Source: a bacterium
GTDB taxonomy: Bacteria > Patescibacteriota > Minisyncoccia > Minisyncoccales > DAOWIS01
Direction: 5' to 3'
Length of the DNA stretch: 53,026 nt
Assembly: GCA_030640805.1 (NCBI GenBank)
Contig: DAOWIS010000015.1
Location: 1 to 53,026 of the forward strand
Below the pieces are notes generated by a model. That model ran no database searches. It was not told the DNA's origin and saw only the letters and a program-made list of their open reading frames with translations. Shown here in pieces: positions 31,864 through 40,791 of the stretch. The position numbers and the translations under genes were made by a program. Each line of letters opens with the position of its first letter. The stretch's first letter is position 1.

Positions 31864-33324
31864 TCAACCAACTAAAAGACTCTCTAGGGTATAAATATCC
31901 CCTGCTCCCATTATAATTATTACCAATTCTTTTCCTAAATGGTTTTTTATATAACTTGCTGTTTTCTTAATAGTAGGAATATATATTACTTGTCGCTTTT
32001 CGCTTTTATCTTGTCGCTTTTTTACTGCTTCTACTAATTTTTTTGAAGAAACTTTTTTTCTTATTGTTTTCTCTTCTCTTCCGGTCACATCATAAATATC
32101 AGTAATTATCAATTTATTAATAAAGGGCTTGCCTTGATCTTGTCGAAGAGATTCGGAAAAAACTTTCAGAAAATTTTTAAACAGATAATAAGTTCTTTGA
32201 TATTGATGGGGTTGATAAACACACCAAATTTCTTTTCTGGGAAATTTCTCCCGAGCGGCTTTCAAAGTGGCTTTAACCTCTGTGGGATGATGAGCGTAGT
32301 CCTGAATAATGACCAATAACCAATGATCAATAACCAATTTCTTAATTTCGAAACGACGCCAGGTGCCTCTATATTGAGAAAGTGCTTTAAAAGATATATT
32401 ATCAGGAATTTTTAAGAGACGAGCTGCGCTTAATGCTGCCAAGGTATTGTAAATATTGTATTCCCCCGGAACTTTTAAAATTTTTTTAAGCTTTTTAGTC
32501 TCTTTTTGTTTTAATGAATATAGAGAGGTCGAACCTCCAAAAGAGGTTCGACCTCCTAAAATTGTTTTAATATTTTTATCGTCTCCATTCGCTACCAATA
32601 TTCCATTTTTAGGTAAATGAGAAATAAACTTCTTAAATGCTCTTAAAATATTATTTAAATTTTTATAATAATCAAGGTGGTCTTTTTCAATATTAGTTAG
32701 AATAATAATTTTGGGCCAATAATTTAAAAAGGAAGTAAAATGCTCATCGGCTTCAATGATTAAATATTTTCTTGCCCCATGGGAAGTCCCGACTCTGTCG
32801 AGGATCCTCGATTCCATCGGGACCGAAGGCTTTTCTTCGGGGGATTTTCCCATTCGAAAATTTGAATCCCCGAACTCTTTTAATTTGGTTCCTAAAATTA
32901 CAGTTGGGTCTAATCCAGCTTTTATTAAAATCAGGGCAACCATTGCCGCGGTAGTACTTTTTCCGTGAGTGCCGGATATGGCTATGGTAAAATACTTTTT
33001 AGTCAATTCTCCTAATGCCTCTGGATAACTTTTTATTTGGATATTGGATATTGGATATTGGATATTGGATTTCAATTTGTATGCTCTTTTTAATTCGGGG
33101 TTATCTGATTTTACAGCGGGACTGTAGATAACCAAATCAACATTTTTGGGTAAATTTTTGACCTTATGTTTACCAATAAACATTTTTGCCCCTAATTTTT
33201 CCAGATTTTTAATAATTTCTGAATCAACTAAATCCGAACCAGTTATTTGGCAACCTTTCTCTAAATAATATTTAGCTAAGGCACTAACTCCAATTCCGCC
33301 AATGCCAATAAAATGAATTTTCAT
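31864..33324 (-). CDS. murC: UDP-N-acetylmuramate-L-alanine ligase MurC, with several in-frame repeat insertions
   Basis: IHFIGIGGIGVSALA, ISGTHGKSTT and EADEH Mur-ligase motifs. Confidence 0.9.
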   Translation of the reverse strand: MKIHFIGIGGIGVSALAKYYLEKGCQITGSDLVDSEIIKNLEKLGAKMFIGKHKVKNLPKNVDLVIYSPAVKSDNPELKRAYKLKSNIQYPISNIQIKSYPEALGELTKKYFTIAISGTHGKSTTAAMVALILIKAGLDPTVILGTKLKEFGDSNFRMGKSPEEKPSVPMESRILDRVGTSHGARKYLIIEADEHFTSFLNYWPKIIILTNIEKDHLDYYKNLNNILRAFKKFISHLPKNGILVANGDDKNIKTILGGRTSFGGSTSLYSLKQKETKKLKKILKVPGEYNIYNTLAALSAARLLKIPDNISFKALSQYRGTWRRFEIKKLVIDHWLLVIIQDYAHHPTEVKATLKAAREKFPRKEIWCVYQPHQYQRTYYLFKNFLKVFSESLRQDQGKPFINKLIITDIYDVTGREEKTIRKKVSSKKLVEAVKKRQDKSEKRQVIYIPTIKKTASYIKNHLGKELVIIIMGAGDIYTLESLLVG

Positions 33325-33357
33325 ATTGCTATAAAATGCTTAAAACTATAAATGTCT

Positions 33358-33384
33358 CTTGTATACGCATATACGTGTACAAGG
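33358..33384. repeat. Palindromic element, CCTTGTACACG family (copy 2, one mismatch)
   Basis: cttgtatacgcatatacgtgtacaagg. Confidence 0.8.
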
Positions 33385-33401
33385 AACCATCTGCAAATTA
33401 T

Positions 33402-33962
33402 TTATTTTCCTAATTTTAGGATTTCTAAAACAAAATACTCTGGTCCGGTGGGTCTTAATTTACTTTCCATTATTTCAATAGAATTTACGGGAAAAGCCAG
33501 AGAAATTTTCTGGTCAATTGGTTCTAAGGGCAGTCTTCCTCTTTCTCTTTGTTTTATTCTGCCTAAGGTAATATGAATGTTAAATTCTCTATTATCTTTT
33601 TGGTGATAACCGCTGTTCTTGGAGGCAAAAAGAGCATCTTCTAAATCATTTTTCAATTTTATTAAATCAGTATTTCTTTCTCCCCCTACCCAGACCATTC
33701 GCGGAGTTCTGTTAGATGGTCCTAAATAAACTCTGTTTAGATTTATTAAAAATGGCTTGTATCTTAGAACCACTTCTTTAGTGATCTTAGAAATTTTTAA
33801 TATCTGCTCATCAAAAACATAACCAATAAAAATCAAAGTAATATGTAAATTTAATTCTTCGGTCCACCTCATTGGATAATTAACCAATTTTTTCTGAATA
33901 TTTAAAAGTTCTTTTTTAATTTCTTCTGGCAAATTTATAGCTATAAAAACCCGATGTTTCAT
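33402..33962 (-). CDS. thpR: RNA 2',3'-cyclic phosphodiesterase / 2'-5' RNA ligase (2H family)
   Basis: Two HxTL motifs (LHITLIF and IHITLGR). Confidence 0.8.
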   Translation of the reverse strand: MKHRVFIAINLPEEIKKELLNIQKKLVNYPMRWTEELNLHITLIFIGYVFDEQILKISKITKEVVLRYKPFLINLNRVYLGPSNRTPRMVWVGGERNTDLIKLKNDLEDALFASKNSGYHQKDNREFNIHITLGRIKQRERGRLPLEPIDQKISLAFPVNSIEIMESKLRPTGPEYFVLEILKLGK

Positions 33963-34076
33963 AATTCAAGATTAAATATCTATACCTTAGCGAATCAAGG
34001 TTCTGCTAGCGAAGCGAGCAGGTTCTTATTATTTATTAATTGAATTTTAGCATAAATCCTGATATAGTTAAAGAAA

Positions 34077-35093
34077 ATGAAAGAAGCTTATTTATATAAA
34101 AAACTATCTGATAATGAGGTTCAGTGTCAGAATTGCGCTCATTATTGTATTGTTGAAGCAGGTAAAAGAGGAATTTGTCAGGTTAGAGAGAATCAAAACG
34201 GAGTACTCTATTCTTTAAATTATGGAAAAGTGATTGCTCTAAATATTGACCCTATTGAGAAAAAGCCATTTTTTCATTTTTTACCAGGGAGTAAATCACT
34301 ATCAATAGCTACTGTCGGCTGTAATTTCGCCTGTTTTTCCTGCCAAAACTATCAGATATCTCAAGGACCAAAAATAGTCAGAGGTAAAATCTGGGGAGAA
34401 GATTTATCGCCTGAAGATTTAGTAAAAGAAGCCAAGAAAAATAATTGTCCTTCTGTTTCCTATACTTACACAGAGCCAACGATCTTTCTTGAATACGCTC
34501 TGGATACAATGAAATTAGCCAAAAAAGAAGGCCTAAAAAATAACTGGATTACTAATGGTTTTATGTCCAGAGAGGCCTTAGAATTAGTCGCCCCTTATCT
34601 TGATGCTGCCAACATTGATTTAAAAAGTTTTGATGATAAATTTTATCAAAAATACTGCGATGGAAAACTTCAGCCAGTCCTGAATACTTTGGAAAGAATG
34701 AAAAAGAAAAATATCTGGTTAGAAGTTACCACTTTGGTTATTCCTACTCTAAATGACTCAGAAGAAATTTTCAGAAAAATCGCTAAGTTTATTAAAGAAA
34801 AATTAGGACCGGAAACTCCTTGGCATATCACTCAATTTTCTGGTGCTATTTCTTGGAAACTTCAGAATATTCCTGATACTTCAGCTGAAACTTTAAAAAT
34901 TGCTTATCAAATTGGCAAAAAAATTGGTCTAAAATATGTTTATACCGGCAATATCCCCGGCCTTGAAAATGAAAATACTTATTGCCCAAAATGCCAAGCC
35001 AAAATGCTAAGCCGAACCGGTTATTTTATTGAAAGGCAGGATAAAAACGGCAAATGCTCAGAATGCGGCGAAAACTTGAATATTATTGAATAA
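34077..35093 (+). CDS. amrS: AmmeMemoRadiSam system radical SAM enzyme
   Basis: N-terminal CQNCAHYC...GICQVR, the CNFACFSCQN radical-SAM cluster, and a C-terminal CPKC...CSEC motif. Confidence 0.85.
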   Translation: MKEAYLYKKLSDNEVQCQNCAHYCIVEAGKRGICQVRENQNGVLYSLNYGKVIALNIDPIEKKPFFHFLPGSKSLSIATVGCNFACFSCQNYQISQGPKIVRGKIWGEDLSPEDLVKEAKKNNCPSVSYTYTEPTIFLEYALDTMKLAKKEGLKNNWITNGFMSREALELVAPYLDAANIDLKSFDDKFYQKYCDGKLQPVLNTLERMKKKNIWLEVTTLVIPTLNDSEEIFRKIAKFIKEKLGPETPWHITQFSGAISWKLQNIPDTSAETLKIAYQIGKKIGLKYVYTGNIPGLENENTYCPKCQAKMLSRTGYFIERQDKNGKCSECGENLNIIE

Positions 35094-35165
35094 TGAATTA
35101 TGAAGTATGAATTATGAATAATTTAATTTTCATTCATGATTCGTAATTCACTATTCATAATTCGT

Positions 35166-35822
35166 ATGCTTAAGTTTGCTTGTTTTTCACCTCATCCTCC
35201 TCTTTTACTTCCCGATGTGGGTTCAAAAGAAGATAGAGAAAAAGTAGAAAAAACCATAGAGAGTTTGGAATTTTTAGGTAAAAAATTTAAAGAAGCAGAC
35301 CCAGATTCAATAATAATTTCTTCTCCTCATCTTGACTGGGGATTTAATGTACCCCTCTATTTTTTGGCCAAAGATTTTAAAGGAGAAATTAAAAATTACC
35401 TTATTGGCGCTGAATCACCAAAATTTTATTTTGAAGAAGGTAAAAAACTGTATTCCGAAATTGACGGAGGTCAGACCTCCGTCAAATCTGTTAAAAAGGT
35501 GGCACTTATTGCCTCTGGCGATCTTTCCCATTGTTTAAAAGAAGATGGACCTTATGGTTTTCATCCCGATGGACCGAAATTTGATAATGCCTTAATAGAA
35601 TTTTTAAAGAAAAAAGACATAGAAAATTTTCTGAAATTAGACGATATATTTCCTGGAGCCGGAGAATGCGGCTTACGTTCTTTTTCTTTTCTTTTAGGAA
35701 TACTAGAGGAATCAAGCTATTCGACGGGCTCAATCTGGCAACCCGAAATTTTGTCATATGAATATCCCTTTGGCGTTGGCTACCTGGTAGTAAATTTTAA
35801 ACTAGTAGTAGATTTAATTTAA
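35166..35822 (+). CDS. amrB: AmmeMemoRadiSam system protein B-like (Memo / class III extradiol dioxygenase fold)
   Basis: FSPHPPLLLP, SSPH and ASGDLSHCL motifs, and its position between amrS and the AMMECR1 gene. Confidence 0.6.
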   Translation: MLKFACFSPHPPLLLPDVGSKEDREKVEKTIESLEFLGKKFKEADPDSIIISSPHLDWGFNVPLYFLAKDFKGEIKNYLIGAESPKFYFEEGKKLYSEIDGGQTSVKSVKKVALIASGDLSHCLKEDGPYGFHPDGPKFDNALIEFLKKKDIENFLKLDDIFPGAGECGLRSFSFLLGILEESSYSTGSIWQPEILSYEYPFGVGYLVVNFKLVVDLI

Positions 35823-35843
35823 ATTAAATTAAATAGATTATTC

Positions 35844-35871
35844 CCTTGTACACGCATATGCGTGTACAAGG
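35844..35871. repeat. Perfect 28-bp palindrome CCTTGTACACGCATATGCGTGTACAAGG (copy 3)
   Basis: I verified the pairing base by base around the centre at 35857/35858. Confidence 0.9.
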
Positions 35872-35955
35872 AACAGTAAAGAAAAAATTATTAGATTATA
35901 TTAAAATAAATTTATTATGATACAATAAATCTAATAATAGTTTTAATCTACAATA

Positions 35956-36570
35956 ATGAATCAATTTGTATTACTTGCCAAATCGGCAGTAGAAACTTAT
36001 ATCAAGGAAAGTGAAATAATTTCGGCTCCCGAGGATCTGCCTAAAGAGTTTCTACGAAAAGCAGGCACCTTTGTGTCGATCTTTCAATCTCCACACGAAA
36101 CCGACACGAAAAAAGAATTGCGGGGCCTGCCCCGTAGTCAAGCAAAGCTTGTACTACGGGGTTGTATCGGTACTTATCTTCCTACTAAAGAAAATATTGC
36201 CAAAGAAATTATTGATAATGCCATTGCTGCTGCTGCCGAGGACTATCGATTTGGACCAATTCAGGAAAAAGAACTCCCTTCTCTTTCTTATACGGTCTAT
36301 ATTTTAAATCAACCAGAGTCAGTCAAGAATGTTTCAGAATTAAACCCCAAAAAATACGGAATAATTATCAAAACTGCTCCAATTATTTCTTCCAATACCG
36401 ATGTTGTTTTTAATGGTCATCTACCCCATAAGTCCGGTCTTCTCTTGCCGGGTTTAGAAGGAGTAGATACTGCCCAGAAACAAATCTCCATTACCTGCCA
36501 AAAAGCCGGCATCGACCCCACCAAAGAGCAAATATTAATTTATCGTTTTACTGTTGAAAAATACAAATAA
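35956..36570 (+). CDS. amrA: AMMECR1 domain protein (AmmeMemoRadiSam system protein A)
   Basis: LRGCIGTYLP...AAAEDYRFGPI core motif. Confidence 0.85.
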   Translation: MNQFVLLAKSAVETYIKESEIISAPEDLPKEFLRKAGTFVSIFQSPHETDTKKELRGLPRSQAKLVLRGCIGTYLPTKENIAKEIIDNAIAAAAEDYRFGPIQEKELPSLSYTVYILNQPESVKNVSELNPKKYGIIIKTAPIISSNTDVVFNGHLPHKSGLLLPGLEGVDTAQKQISITCQKAGIDPTKEQILIYRFTVEKYK

Positions 36571-36596
36571 TCTTAAAATCTGAAACTTATTTTAAA

Positions 36597-37265
36597 ATGG
36601 TTAATGAAAAAATCGCCCAAATACTAAATAAAATAGCTGATCTTTTGGAGATAAAAGGAACAGCTTTTAAGCCCAAAGCTTATCGTAAAGCGGCTTTGGT
36701 ATTAGAAAAATTAGACAGAGATGTTTTTCTAATTTACAAAAAAGAGGACATCAAAGGAATTGAAAAACTTCCCGGCGTAGGCAAAAGCATTGCCAAAAAG
36801 ATTGAAGAATATTTAAAGAAAAGAAAAATTAAATATTATGAAGAATTAAAAAAAGAAACAGCTGTTCGCCAGATTATCACTCATTATTTTGAAACCAAAG
36901 GTTTGTCTTTGATTGAACTTAAGAGAAATGCTAAAAAAAGAAAAATAGTCTATTCTCGATTTACAAAGCCAGCCAAGCAACTTTTAGAATTAGCCGGTTC
37001 TATCGAAAAAGCAAAAAAAGCAATTGATAAAGTATCAGAATGGGCAAGGTCGCGAAATTTAGATTATGCCATTGAAACGGTTTTTAAAAAATGGCTGGAA
37101 TTAGATAGGCTAAAGCCAAAAGAAATTGTCAAAAAACCCTATTTTCAAGAAAATCCTATGGTCTGGTCAAAAACCAAAAAAAAGTGGTATGTTATCAGTC
37201 CGGAAGGTGAATGGTTGGAATTTGCTGGCAAAGAAGAAGAAATTGAATGGCGCATAATAAAATGA
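36597..37265 (+). CDS. Helix-hairpin-helix protein resembling the PolX N-terminal (8-kDa/HhH) region, with an unknown C-terminal half
   Basis: IAQILNKIADLLEIKG..FKPKAYRKAA and LPGVGKSIAKKIEEYL. Confidence 0.5.
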   Translation: MVNEKIAQILNKIADLLEIKGTAFKPKAYRKAALVLEKLDRDVFLIYKKEDIKGIEKLPGVGKSIAKKIEEYLKKRKIKYYEELKKETAVRQIITHYFETKGLSLIELKRNAKKRKIVYSRFTKPAKQLLELAGSIEKAKKAIDKVSEWARSRNLDYAIETVFKKWLELDRLKPKEIVKKPYFQENPMVWSKTKKKWYVISPEGEWLEFAGKEEEIEWRIIK

Positions 37266-37390
37266 ATCTGCCAAAAGTCATAATATTCACGAGGACTGGG
37301 TAGTAGATGTTGACCCCTATTACACTTCTGTAGTTATTATAGCCACGAGAACTAAAATAATAATAGACAATACTCAAGTATAATATGATT

Positions 37391-37422
37391 TACCTTGTAC
37401 ACGCATATACGTGTACAAGGTA
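37391..37422. repeat. Palindromic element, CCTTGTACACG family (copy 4, 13-bp stem, loop CATATA)
   Basis: taccttgtacacg-catata-cgtgtacaaggta. Confidence 0.85.
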
Positions 37423-37485
37423 CACTTTTAAAGTTTTTTGTTGGGTTTTTGTGAATAATGTTATCATCCTATTACCCTCAAAACC

Positions 37486-37514
37486 TTGACAAAGATAATA
37501 CAGCATGCTACTAT
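37486..37514 (+). promoter_or_regulatory. Sigma70-type promoter for 37586..38155
   Basis: TTGACA (37486-37491), a 17-nt spacer, and TACTAT (37509-37514). Confidence 0.5.
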
Positions 37515-37585
37515 ATAAGCAGAACTTTGAAAGTCTAGAGATCGAAAAGAAAATAAACCTTTAACCAAAAAGAAAGGAGAAAGAG

Positions 37586-38155
37586 ATGAAACTGAAAATT
37601 TTTGTTGCTTTGGCAATTTCCAGTTTTATTTTTATCGCCTTCGGTAGATCCTTATCTGAAGTTAATTCCCTTGATAAATCCACTCGGGAAGACAACTTAA
37701 AAAGGACTGATCAAAAGGTCTTGAATGTCGAAAGAATCCTGCGCTGGTATCTAATAGAGGTTACCAGTGATCAGATAATCACTGGTAATGAGTTAAAGAT
37801 GAATAGAAAGAGAATAGAAGAGTTAGAAAAAAGGTTGAAAACCTATGGCATAACTCTGACAGAATTAATCCCTGCTGTTAGCATCATTGACTCCGCTTTA
37901 GAATTTGGTTACTTCAACCATATATTAAGATACCGTGATAATGGTAGCGTAAAAAGGGCATTTGACCAGCTGAGCGGAAAGGACTCTGAAGTAAAACCTC
38001 TTTTTGACTGGACTCGTTTTGGTTGTCTTATTGGAATAATAATTGTAACTACAGGAGCATTCTTTCTGATAAGGAACGAGTTCGGTGAGTTAATTATCGG
38101 ATTTGCAAGTATTATGCTTTGCATAATCCTAATTTTAGGACTAATCGGACTTTAA
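37586..38155 (+). CDS. Hypothetical membrane protein
   Basis: AGGAGA SD sequence, an N-terminal signal/TM segment and two C-terminal TM helices. Confidence 0.55.
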   Translation: MKLKIFVALAISSFIFIAFGRSLSEVNSLDKSTREDNLKRTDQKVLNVERILRWYLIEVTSDQIITGNELKMNRKRIEELEKRLKTYGITLTELIPAVSIIDSALEFGYFNHILRYRDNGSVKRAFDQLSGKDSEVKPLFDWTRFGCLIGIIIVTTGAFFLIRNEFGELIIGFASIMLCIILILGLIGL

Positions 38156-38213
38156 AAAGGATCTACTAAAGACCCTCTTGAAGAAGAGGGTCTTTTTGTT
38201 TTCCTCTTGAAAG
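38156..38213 (+). terminator. Terminator module and left copy of the inverted repeat flanking dnaB-recR
   Basis: aaagaccctctt-gaag-aagagggtcttt 12-bp stem plus a T-run. The 58-nt module recurs inverted at 40480-40553. Confidence 0.75.
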
Positions 38214-38265
38214 TTTTTGGGATTTGTATTAAATTAAGAGTAGATAATTATTAAGCGGTCTAATT

Positions 38266-39654
38266 ATGGCTGATAAAAATCAAAATCAAGATTTAGAAGG
38301 GATTATACCAAATCGTCTCCCTCCCCAAAGCATTGAAGCTGAGCAATCAGTACTTGGCTCTTTGATGTTAGACAAAGATGCTATAACCAAAATTGCTGAC
38401 ATTCTCTCCCCTTCTGATTTTTATAGAGGAACTCATCAAATGGTTTATCAGACAATGTTGGAACTTTTTGATAACCATGAAGCCATTGATATTCTTTCGG
38501 CCTCTCAAAGATTAAAAGAAAAAAAACAATTAGAAGAAATCGGTGGAAATAGTTATCTAACTTCTCTTATTAATTCTGTTCCTACAGCCAGCCATGTAGT
38601 TTATTATGCTAAGGCAGTCCGTAAGAAAAAAATCCTTCGCGATCTTATCAAGTCAGCTGAAGAAATTAGCGTACTGGGCTACAGAGAAAATGAAGATGTA
38701 GATATTCTTTTAGATGAAGCTGAGAAAAAGATTTTTGGTATCACTCAGAAATCTCTTACTCAATACTTTCTTCCGGTTAAATCAACCTTAGGTGAGGCTT
38801 TTGAAAGAATTGAAAAACTTTCAAAAAGAGAAGGCAGGTTGCGAGGGATTTCAACGGGTTTTTACGAATTAGATGATTATTTAGGTGGTTTCCAAAAATC
38901 AGACCTTATTATTCTTGCCTCCCGACCAAGTTTAGGTAAAAGCAGTTTATCCCTTGATTTTGCCAGAAGTGTGGCTATGAAAGAAAAAGTGCCAGTTGGA
39001 ATATTTAGTTTAGAGATGTCAAAAGACCAAGTCATTGATAGATTGATTGCCGCTCAATCAGAGGTTTCTCTTTGGAAATTAAGGACTGGTCGACTTTCCA
39101 GCGAAGGAGAAGATAATGATTTTACTCGTATTCAAAATGCTTTAGGGGTTTTGTCCGAAACTCCAATTTATATTGATGATGCTCCGTCTTCTAATATTCT
39201 TCAGATGAGAGCAATGTCAAGAAGATTGCAAGCCGAATATGGATTAGGACTGATTATTGTTGACTATCTCCAATTAATGGAATCAAGAAGATCGTTTGGT
39301 GAAAGTGAAGTCCAACGAGTAACAGAAATTTCTCGTTCTTTAAAGGCTCTGGCCCGAGAAATAGAAGTTCCGGTCTTGGCTATTTCTCAGCTTTCCCGGG
39401 CTGTAGAACAAAGGTCTCCTCAAATTCCAAGATTGTCTGATTTAAGAGAAAGCGGAAGTTTGGAGCAGGACTCGGATGTAGTGCTTTTTATCTATCGGGA
39501 AGATAGAGAAAAGAAAGATATTGAAATGAAAAATATCGCTGATATAATTATTGCTAAACATCGCAATGGCCCAACGGGAAAAATTCAACTTTATTTTGAC
39601 GAAAATCAAGTAAGTTTTAAAAATTTAGAACGCCATCGGGAAAATGTATCCTAA
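38266..39654 (+). CDS. dnaB: Replicative DNA helicase DnaB
   Basis: PPQSIEAEQSVLGS N-terminus, Walker A SRPSLGKSS, and IVDYLQLM. Confidence 0.95.
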   Translation: MADKNQNQDLEGIIPNRLPPQSIEAEQSVLGSLMLDKDAITKIADILSPSDFYRGTHQMVYQTMLELFDNHEAIDILSASQRLKEKKQLEEIGGNSYLTSLINSVPTASHVVYYAKAVRKKKILRDLIKSAEEISVLGYRENEDVDILLDEAEKKIFGITQKSLTQYFLPVKSTLGEAFERIEKLSKREGRLRGISTGFYELDDYLGGFQKSDLIILASRPSLGKSSLSLDFARSVAMKEKVPVGIFSLEMSKDQVIDRLIAAQSEVSLWKLRTGRLSSEGEDNDFTRIQNALGVLSETPIYIDDAPSSNILQMRAMSRRLQAEYGLGLIIVDYLQLMESRRSFGESEVQRVTEISRSLKALAREIEVPVLAISQLSRAVEQRSPQIPRLSDLRESGSLEQDSDVVLFIYREDREKKDIEMKNIADIIIAKHRNGPTGKIQLYFDENQVSFKNLERHRENVS

Positions 39655-40294
39655 GGTTATTCAAAAATTAATTAATCTTTTTTCTAATTTCCCAACAATT
39701 GGACCGAGAACAGCAACCCGGTTTGTTTTTTATTTATTAAAACTTCCTAAAGAAAAGTTAGAAGAGCTCTCTCAGGTTATTTTAGACCTAAAGAAAGAAA
39801 TAAAGATCTGTAAAATTTGTTTTAATCCTTTCTCTCCCGCCCAAATTTTGGAAAGCAAAATTGAGGCGGATAAAGATAAAGAGAAAAAAGAGATCTGTCC
39901 TATCTGCCAAAATCCAGCTCGTGATCGTTCCAAGATTTGTGTGATTGCCAATGAGACCGACTTAGCCAAAATTGAAAGCACAAGAAAATATAATGGGGTT
40001 TATCATATTTTAGGAGGAAATATAAAATTAGCCAAAAAAAATTTAGCAGGTTTTCTAAAGATAAAAGAATTAATTAAAAGAATAGAACAAGAAAGAAATA
40101 AAGAAAAAGAGATGGAAATAATTTTAGCCCTAAATCCTACTACCGAAGGAAATGCAACCTCTCTTTATTTAGAAAAAGAACTTAAACCTTTTAATATAAA
40201 AATCACCCGCCTGGGGCGGGGATTGCCGATAGGAGGAGAGTTAGAATACGCTGACGAAGAAACCTTAAGTTCATCTTTAGAAGGAAGAAATTAA
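39644..40294 (+). CDS. recR: Recombination protein RecR (with an insertion after the Zn finger)
   Basis: HhH N-terminus (PTIGPRTATRFVFYLL), CKIC...CPIC, and a Toprim region. Confidence 0.85.
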   Translation: MYPKVIQKLINLFSNFPTIGPRTATRFVFYLLKLPKEKLEELSQVILDLKKEIKICKICFNPFSPAQILESKIEADKDKEKKEICPICQNPARDRSKICVIANETDLAKIESTRKYNGVYHILGGNIKLAKKNLAGFLKIKELIKRIEQERNKEKEMEIILALNPTTEGNATSLYLEKELKPFNIKITRLGRGLPIGGELEYADEETLSSSLEGRN

Positions 40295-40479
40295 GAACTA
40301 GAATAAGTTAATTAAAGAATAAAATTAGAGAAGAAATTTAAACAAACAAATAAAATAATCGTTATAAAATAATCATAACAATATATCCTTCCATAATAGT
40401 ACTCCTTTATAATAATACTCACTAAAGAAATTCTCCTTAAAAAAAACTTAACTTAAAGAGATTTAACTTACGAGTTTAT

Positions 40480-40553
40480 CTTTCAAGAGGAAAACAAAAA
40501 GACCCTCTTTTTTCAAAAGGGTCTTTTTCAAGAAGGTCTTTAGTAGATCCTTT
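40480..40553 (-). terminator. Terminator module and right (inverted) copy of the repeat flanking dnaB-recR
   Basis: ctttcaagaggaaaacaaaaagaccctc and ggtctttagtagatccttt are exact reverse complements of parts of 38156-38213. Confidence 0.7.
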
Positions 40554-40563
40554 GACAGATCTT

Positions 40564-40791
40564 TTAATCTTCTATCTTAAAATAGAGGTTTAATAAAGCG
40601 CCTAAGCATATACATGAAGCCACGCCTAAGGAGGTAATCAGAAAAAGTATAGCAAACACTTCAATATTCCTGAAATAGCAAACCCCTGATGCTATCAGCA
40701 ATATAATCATTACTACAAATGCCCTTCTAAAATCCAGTGTCATCTTTGTCTCTGTCATCTTTCTCTCTGTTATCTTTGTTATCTTTGTCAT
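40564..40791 (-). CDS. Small two-TM membrane protein; the N-terminus is encoded by short tandem repeats
   Basis: 75-aa ORF. A putative promoter (TTGACA, 17-nt spacer, TATCAT) overlaps the rplU stop. Confidence 0.4.
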   Translation of the reverse strand: MTKITKITERKMTETKMTLDFRRAFVVMIILLIASGVCYFRNIEVFAILFLITSLGVASCICLGALLNLYFKIED

